DNA of 64,000 bases, from positions 1 through 64,000 of the forward strand of contig JBBRUX010000015.1 of NCBI GenBank assembly GCA_038247415.1. The letters are read 5' to 3'. This DNA comes from Chitinivibrionales bacterium (GTDB taxonomy: Bacteria > Fibrobacterota > Chitinivibrionia > Chitinivibrionales > WJKA01). Positions 58,789 to 64,000 of this stretch are shown here, piece after piece; position 1 is the first letter of the stretch; every line of letters starts with the position of its first letter. The notes beneath the pieces were generated by a model, which was not told the origin of the DNA, searched no databases, and worked only from the letters and a program-made list of their open reading frames with translations. The position numbers and the translations under genes were made by a program.

Positions 58789-60960
58789 TTAGCGTTTTAC
58801 CCTAATAGTACGAAAGCGAAGTATACTATACATAAAAATAATTAAAAGGGATCCAATGATTTCAAGCGATATCCATTCGGCCCCGCTGGGCAGACCTATT
58901 CCTAGAATGCAGTGCTGCTTGAGAAGGCTAAAAATTGGTTTTACAAGCGTTGCGAGGGCAATTTGGGCCCCTCCCAGGGGCATAGAATCTAATGGTACGA
59001 GGGCCCCGCTAAAAAATATTTGGGGAATAAAAACCAGGGGCAATATTCCACTGGCAAATGCCGGTGTGCGGCTTACGGTGCTAATGCAAAGACCCAGAAG
59101 CATGCCAGCAAGCGATCCACATAGAAGAATGATAAAGACAACTCCAGAAAAGCCAAGAATATGAAAAATGGAGCCTCCCAGAATCCAGAAGAGCGTAGCT
59201 TGTAAAAGCGCAGATAAGCTCCCAATGGCAATTTTGACGCTTGTAAATGCTCCCGCCGAGAGTCCACAGCGAAATTCTCTGTCGTAGATAGCCCATTCGC
59301 GCGTTATTTGTGAGGAGGCGTTGGCGCAGCTACACCAGAGCACTGATATTGCTATACAAAAATAGAAAGAAACGGGCATAAATTGCGCCGAGGTCGAATA
59401 AAGAAAGGTAAGCAAGAAGAGGATAAAGGCAGGCTGCCCCATCAAAAGAAACAATCCCTTAGTATCGCGCATTGTTAAGGTGCAATAGCGTATAAAAAGA
59501 ACCCCAAGCTGACGATGCCAGGCAACGGCATTGAGTCTGTGGTGTGCAGATTCATGAGGCATTGTGTGATGCGCTACCGTGTATGAATCGGTAGGTGCGG
59601 TGGTGTTGTTTTTGGGGAGTGTGGTTGCCGTATACACGTCTGCAATGGTGGGCACTTCAAAGGCTTGTGCGCATGCTTGTGGCGGGCCATTATAAATAAG
59701 TGCTCCATCCCGCATGAACAACACTCGATGGGCTAAATCTAGTTTGTCGAGCGTATGCGTTGTGAGAACAAGCGTATGTCCTTTGTCGCAGATGCGTTTA
59801 AAAAGCTCCATAAACGAACATACTAATCCGCTGTCAAGGCCAGCCAAGGGTTCGTCTAAAAAAAGAACAGCAGGTGAGGGGAGCAATTCGATGCCAAGAT
59901 GCACCCTTTTTTTCTCGCCCCCTGATAATTTACGAACAAGAATATTCCGCTTTTCTACGAGCGAGAGCTGCGTTAGAAGATCGTCGATTCTGGCGTGGCG
60001 TTCCGCCCGCGACCAATCTTTGGGGAGTCGCAAAATTGCCTGTTGCGCAAAAGTCTCCCACACGGTGAGATCTTCGTGCAAACGGGTATCTTGGGCCACA
60101 TATCCGATACGTGCTGCAAAAGCAGATCCATATCGTGTGTGGGAGAGTCCGTTGTAAAGTATGGTTCCGCTTCTAACCGGAAGCAATCCGGCGAGAGCAT
60201 TTATAAGGGAAGTTTTACCTGCACCAGAAGGGCCTAAAAGGACAATGAATTCTCCCGGTGGGAGCGTACAATTGACAGAGCGAACCTGCATTGATGTGGC
60301 AGTACCAATAACAAGATGTGATGCTTCTATGGTTACAGAATCATGATCGTTGATTTCGATTATGGATACGCCATCAAAAGAGAATCGTCGAGGCCCAACT
60401 AGGATGATATCCCCTTTGGTAAGCAATATTCGACGAACTTTGCAGCCATTGACATAAACCCCGTTGGTACTGCCCAAATCGGTGAGAATAGATCCTGTAG
60501 CGCGTAGAGAAATCGTAGCATGAAAGCGTGATGCTAAGGGATGATCGATGACCAGCGTGTTGGAAGCATCACGACCGAGTGTATAGAGTTTGGCGCTCAC
60601 TACCGTGTCTGAATCAAGCGGGTCGGCAGATGTTTCATGCGCATCGCTCACTGGGCGCTCTTGCGCAATGTGCAGTACCCCATGCTCAAACGTGATGCGA
60701 AGGTTAACTACGCCAATAGTAACAATATCGCCGTGGGCAAGTTCAACAGTCGATGGTGCTGTATGATTTACAAGAACGATATTTTTGTCGCACGCTGTAA
60801 GAATAGTACTGTGTTTTGTTCGTTCGAGAGATGCATGAAATCGGGAAATTCCTATTCCAGAAAGTACCAATGAATTAGATGCATCCCGGCCAATTGATAT
60901 AGGCGAATTCTCCAGAGAAAACGCCCAGATACCTAACCTTTGATCGTGTGGTGGTGTCAT
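58789..60960 (-). CDS. FHA-FHA-ABC(G) exporter fusion (Rv1747-like)
   Basis: Two FHA domains (IGRD..ISRFHA; LGRD..ASRFHA..DLGSTNG), GPSGAGKT, LSGGE, LDEP, C-terminal ABC2 membrane domain. Confidence 0.9.
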   Translation of the reverse strand: MTPPHDQRLGIWAFSLENSPISIGRDASNSLVLSGIGISRFHASLERTKHSTILTACDKNIVLVNHTAPSTVELAHGDIVTIGVVNLRITFEHGVLHIAQERPVSDAHETSADPLDSDTVVSAKLYTLGRDASNTLVIDHPLASRFHATISLRATGSILTDLGSTNGVYVNGCKVRRILLTKGDIILVGPRRFSFDGVSIIEINDHDSVTIEASHLVIGTATSMQVRSVNCTLPPGEFIVLLGPSGAGKTSLINALAGLLPVRSGTILYNGLSHTRYGSAFAARIGYVAQDTRLHEDLTVWETFAQQAILRLPKDWSRAERHARIDDLLTQLSLVEKRNILVRKLSGGEKKRVHLGIELLPSPAVLFLDEPLAGLDSGLVCSFMELFKRICDKGHTLVLTTHTLDKLDLAHRVLFMRDGALIYNGPPQACAQAFEVPTIADVYTATTLPKNNTTAPTDSYTVAHHTMPHESAHHRLNAVAWHRQLGVLFIRYCTLTMRDTKGLFLLMGQPAFILFLLTFLYSTSAQFMPVSFYFCIAISVLWCSCANASSQITREWAIYDREFRCGLSAGAFTSVKIAIGSLSALLQATLFWILGGSIFHILGFSGVVFIILLCGSLAGMLLGLCISTVSRTPAFASGILPLVFIPQIFFSGALVPLDSMPLGGAQIALATLVKPIFSLLKQHCILGIGLPSGAEWISLEIIGSLLIIFMYSILRFRTIRVKR

Positions 60961-60962
60961 GG

Positions 60963-61541
60963 TTATCCTGCGGTTATGGCATCCACCATTGAGAGTATGT
61001 GCACCTGTGCTGCTTCGAGCTTGTCGTTTATAAGCGTGTACTGATACGATCCAAATTCCTGGGCGAATTCGATTTCTTTATGGGCCGCATTAAGTCGTAT
61101 TTGGAGTGCTTGCGGTGTTTCTGTTGAACGAGAAGATAGCCTTTTGTTGAGTTCGTCAAGAGATGGAGGCATAATGAGGATTCCCGAAGCCTTCGGATAG
61201 ACCGCATCAAATTTTTTCTTGCCGTATACGTCGATATCCATTACGATATGGCTTCCCAATTTAATGGTGGTATCGATAAACGATTTTGGTGTTCCGTAAA
61301 AATTACCGAAGACTTCTTGCCATTCGGCAAATTCGTTATTTCTAATACGTACTTCGAACTCGCTTTTTGAAAGAAAGAAATAATGGATCCCATTCACTTC
61401 GTGGGGGCGAGGCTTTCTCGTTGTCGCAGAAATCGAATACACCATACCAGGGCGATTTTTACGTACATGGTCAAGGAGCGTGGTTTTGCCTGCACCCGAA
61501 GGAGCAGAAACGACTATTATTTTTCCTACACGATGTGTCAA
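60963..61541 (-). CDS. gmk: Guanylate kinase
   Basis: SAPSGAGKTT, SISATTRKPR, FYGTP, DIDVYG. Confidence 0.95.
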   Translation of the reverse strand: MTHRVGKIIVVSAPSGAGKTTLLDHVRKNRPGMVYSISATTRKPRPHEVNGIHYFFLSKSEFEVRIRNNEFAEWQEVFGNFYGTPKSFIDTTIKLGSHIVMDIDVYGKKKFDAVYPKASGILIMPPSLDELNKRLSSRSTETPQALQIRLNAAHKEIEFAQEFGSYQYTLINDKLEAAQVHILSMVDAITAG

Positions 61542-61550
61542 AATAAACTC

Positions 61551-61772
61551 CTAAGCTCGGCTGCCATTATTACGACGGTATTCTTCTGCTTTTTCTTCAT
61601 TGAGAATGCGTTTAATTTCCAGCGATTCTCTTTTGAAATCTAATTCTTTAACCAGGAGATATTCAATTTTTGAAAGGGCATTTATAATTGAATTAAGCGT
61701 TTGACTAATGACAAGAAACAAAATAAAGATCCCGCAAAAAGCAGCGACGGCAATAATGAGCTGTGGTATCAT
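61551..61772 (-). CDS. Small single-TM coiled-coil protein
   Basis: N-terminal TM, charged helical tail; ATGA overlap with the upstream gene. Confidence 0.65.
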   Translation of the reverse strand: MIPQLIIAVAAFCGIFILFLVISQTLNSIINALSKIEYLLVKELDFKRESLEIKRILNEEKAEEYRRNNGSRA

Positions 61773-62434
61773 ACGTAAGCTCCCAGATTAATTAAAAAGA
61801 GAAAGAATGAATAGAATGGTTTGAAAAGGGGATACAGAACAAGTGAAATTGTTGGTATCTTAAACATCCATTCTACTGCAATAAGAATCAAAAGGATCAT
61901 GGGAACATGCCGCATCATGTTAAGATAGGGGATAACTTTGTCCCGGGGGAGAAATCCTATAAGTATATTAGACCCATCGAGCGGGGGAACGGGAATCAGA
62001 TTAAAAAAAGCAATGCCAAGATTGATTTGTATAAAGAGACTAAAAAAAATGTGGATATACGATCCAAAACTGACAAATGAGAGGTAGGGAAGTATCGCAA
62101 AACGAAAGAGATACCCGCCTATAAGAGCAAGTGCCATATTGCTTAAGGGCCCGGCAAAGCTGACCCAGATAATATCTTTTTTGGGATTTTTAAGGTTTGA
62201 GGCATTGACGGGAACAGGTTTTGCCCAACCAAAAGGGCCAAAAAAGAGCATCAGTGCGCCAAATGGATCGAGATGGCTTATGGGATTAAAGGTGAGTCTG
62301 CCTGCACGTGCAGCAGTAGAATCTCCACGCAGAAAGGCAACATAACCATGCGCATATTCGTGAATGGTGAGCGCTATAAGAATTACCGGAATCGAAAGAA
62401 TCTTTTGTTCTAACCAACCAGGGTCAAAATTCAT
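61769..62434 (-). CDS. Site-2 protease (M50 family)
   Basis: HEYAH, GDSTA..GRLTFNP..HLD, AGPLSN, FNLIPVPPLDG. Confidence 0.93.
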   Translation of the reverse strand: MNFDPGWLEQKILSIPVILIALTIHEYAHGYVAFLRGDSTAARAGRLTFNPISHLDPFGALMLFFGPFGWAKPVPVNASNLKNPKKDIIWVSFAGPLSNMALALIGGYLFRFAILPYLSFVSFGSYIHIFFSLFIQINLGIAFFNLIPVPPLDGSNILIGFLPRDKVIPYLNMMRHVPMILLILIAVEWMFKIPTISLVLYPLFKPFYSFFLFLINLGAYV

Positions 62435-63542
62435 CGGAGATGCCTTTCTTAGACGAAATCGAGGGAGTTGTAACAGGTGTTGATGGCATAGTATCCAAGA
62501 GCTGGGAAACAACTTTAAATGAATATCCCAAGTGCGTTAGTGTATCGATAAGTGTTCCTAATGCTCGATAGGTTTGCTGCGTTGAGTCTGTTCGTTGAGT
62601 ACCCATATGCATTAAAATAATGCCTCCGGATAATCCGTGGGGAAGTTGTTGTGCAAGTTTCACAAACTTAGCTACAAGTTGCTTTGGAGTGCGGTATCCA
62701 GGTTGATCTGGTGATGCGATCCAATCCCCACTATCAAACGATTGATCGAAGGTTGCGCCATGTACCCAACCAACATGAGTGTACCCAGCAGTGCGCGCAT
62801 AATCGATGATCTGGTTATTGATATCGCCAAACGGGGCTCGCCATAAAGGCGCACAATGAATGCCAAAATTTTTAAAAAGTGCGCTGTCGGTGAGGGCCAA
62901 TTCATGAGCAATGGTTGCGGAAGTTACGGTTGGCAGTGTTTGCTCATGGCGATTGATTGAATAGGTTGTTAAATGGGGGTGCGAATAGGTGTGATTCCCA
63001 ATTTCGTGTTGGTCCGCAATCATACGAGCCACAATGCTTTGGTTGCGATTGATAAATACGCCTGTGAGAAACATGGTTGCCCTAATGTTACGTGATGCGA
63101 GCGTGTCAAGGATATTGCGAGCGCTGGTTGTATTTGAGCCCCCATCAAAGGTGAGTGCTATTTGTTTACATTGAGTATTTCCCCGGTCAAATGAATGAGA
63201 TGCACTTTCAAATGCATCGTAATGCCCGGAAGTACCTTGTATACAACGAGCTTGAGGAACGTCATCGAAAAAAGATTGTGCCGCTGAGTTTGTACTATCT
63301 GAATAAGCAGTGCTTGAGTAGATGATTGCTTGTGGAGATTGAGTTGTGCGAGAAGCACGCGGAGTGCTTTGTGGCGATTGCGCAATTCTATGAGCAAGAT
63401 AGAGCCAAAAAAAGATGCCCGATAAAAAGAGAGTAAGTGCTGCGCATGCCCAAACGTAGCGTGGAAGACCACGGTGGGTAAACTCCATGGGCGAATTTGA
63501 TTTTGCAGGTTTTTGTACGTGAAAATGTTTTTGTTGGTTCAT
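62424..63542 (-). CDS. Membrane-anchored NodB-like polysaccharide deacetylase (CE4)
   Basis: N-terminal TM; IALTFDGG, ATMFLTG, IGNHTYSH, WRAPFG, IILMH. Confidence 0.88.
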   Translation of the reverse strand: MNQQKHFHVQKPAKSNSPMEFTHRGLPRYVWACAALTLFLSGIFFWLYLAHRIAQSPQSTPRASRTTQSPQAIIYSSTAYSDSTNSAAQSFFDDVPQARCIQGTSGHYDAFESASHSFDRGNTQCKQIALTFDGGSNTTSARNILDTLASRNIRATMFLTGVFINRNQSIVARMIADQHEIGNHTYSHPHLTTYSINRHEQTLPTVTSATIAHELALTDSALFKNFGIHCAPLWRAPFGDINNQIIDYARTAGYTHVGWVHGATFDQSFDSGDWIASPDQPGYRTPKQLVAKFVKLAQQLPHGLSGGIILMHMGTQRTDSTQQTYRALGTLIDTLTHLGYSFKVVSQLLDTMPSTPVTTPSISSKKGISDEF

Positions 63543-63552
63543 GAAGATAAAA

Positions 63553-64000
63553 CTAGAAGGTAAATGACCAAATTGTAAATACTGTGCCCCACGCAAATCC
63601 GAGCGCCCCAACACCCGCCCCAAGGTAATATCCTGTTTTTTGTTCCTGTGTGAGCGCTAATGCACTCTTATCATGCATACCTTGATATATGGTAAAAGCT
63701 GCAAGGCCCCCTCCCAGTGCTCCCGATATCAGAAGGGTTATCCCACCACTGCGAACGAGCGCGCGTTTGGTTTTTAGGGGATCATCGAGTTTTGTAAGCG
63801 GTACGGTAGAAAGGGCCTGGTCGGAGATGGTAAGTGAATATTCACATGGCATATTTCCTGTTGTTTGGCGCACACCTTCGATGGATAATGCATCGGGCCT
63901 TGTGTGTAAAAAAAGGCATGATGCAAGCTCGATATACCGGGTTGCCGAAACGAGTCCTTCTGCGGCATACAAAATGGCACAGAAGCGCAAGGTAGATCCC
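63553..64000 (-). CDS. Hypothetical membrane protein, 5' end outside the window
   Basis: Frame stays open to the window edge; two Gly-rich hydrophobic helices; ends WSFTF. Confidence 0.55.
   Translation of the reverse strand, partial: GSTLRFCAILYAAEGLVSATRYIELASCLFLHTRPDALSIEGVRQTTGNMPCEYSLTISDQALSTVPLTKLDDPLKTKRALVRSGGITLLISGALGGGLAAFTIYQGMHDKSALALTQEQKTGYYLGAGVGALGFAWGTVFTIWSFTF

Noticed and set aside
1..64000. CRISPR arrays, rRNA, intact IS or prophage genes, genetic-code reassignment
   Set aside because: No regularly spaced repeats, rRNA or transposase/phage motifs seen. Core genes translate normally with the standard code, so the TAA at 7047 is a mutation rather than recoding.

Overview
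Bacterial chromosome segment from a diderm, probably anaerobic organism. It is most consistent with the FCB superphylum, Fibrobacterota-like (inference from lpxK, spoVG, a C25 protease, T9SS-type C-terminal domains and DUF5683-like proteins). Positions 1-7270 are a mosaic, decaying accessory region. It holds a truncated and a frameshifted copy of one secreted-protein gene, an AraC regulator, a secreted esterase, a permuted NlpC/P60 lipoprotein and pseudogene remnants. The rest is mostly core genome: prmC-lpxK-ruvX, a C25 peptidase, an isolated mraY, a PlsA/PlsR-like activase-reductase pair, uvrA, argF, spoVG-tRNA-Gln-rplY-pth-rpsF-rpsR-rplI, dapA-dapB, yraN, a Ser/Thr kinase with an FHA-ABC exporter, gmk, a site-2 protease and a CE4 deacetylase. 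There are three best candidates for undescribed biology. (1) A ~12-kb envelope-spanning motor operon at 27398-39444: a large acidic-repeat OM protein, a DUF5683-like protein, an FN3 lipoprotein, a 1283-aa membrane-anchored TPR protein, ExbB and two ExbD (one with a 4-Cys insertion), with no TonB or TonB-dependent receptor. (2) A KaiC-like ATPase, two 99-aa membrane proteins and two stand-alone receiver proteins sitting directly upstream of uvrA. (3) A strong enrichment of D-(S/T)-hydrophobic motifs restricted to exported protein segments, suggesting Bacteroidota-type O-glycosylation. All family calls come from motif recognition by eye. No database searches were run.
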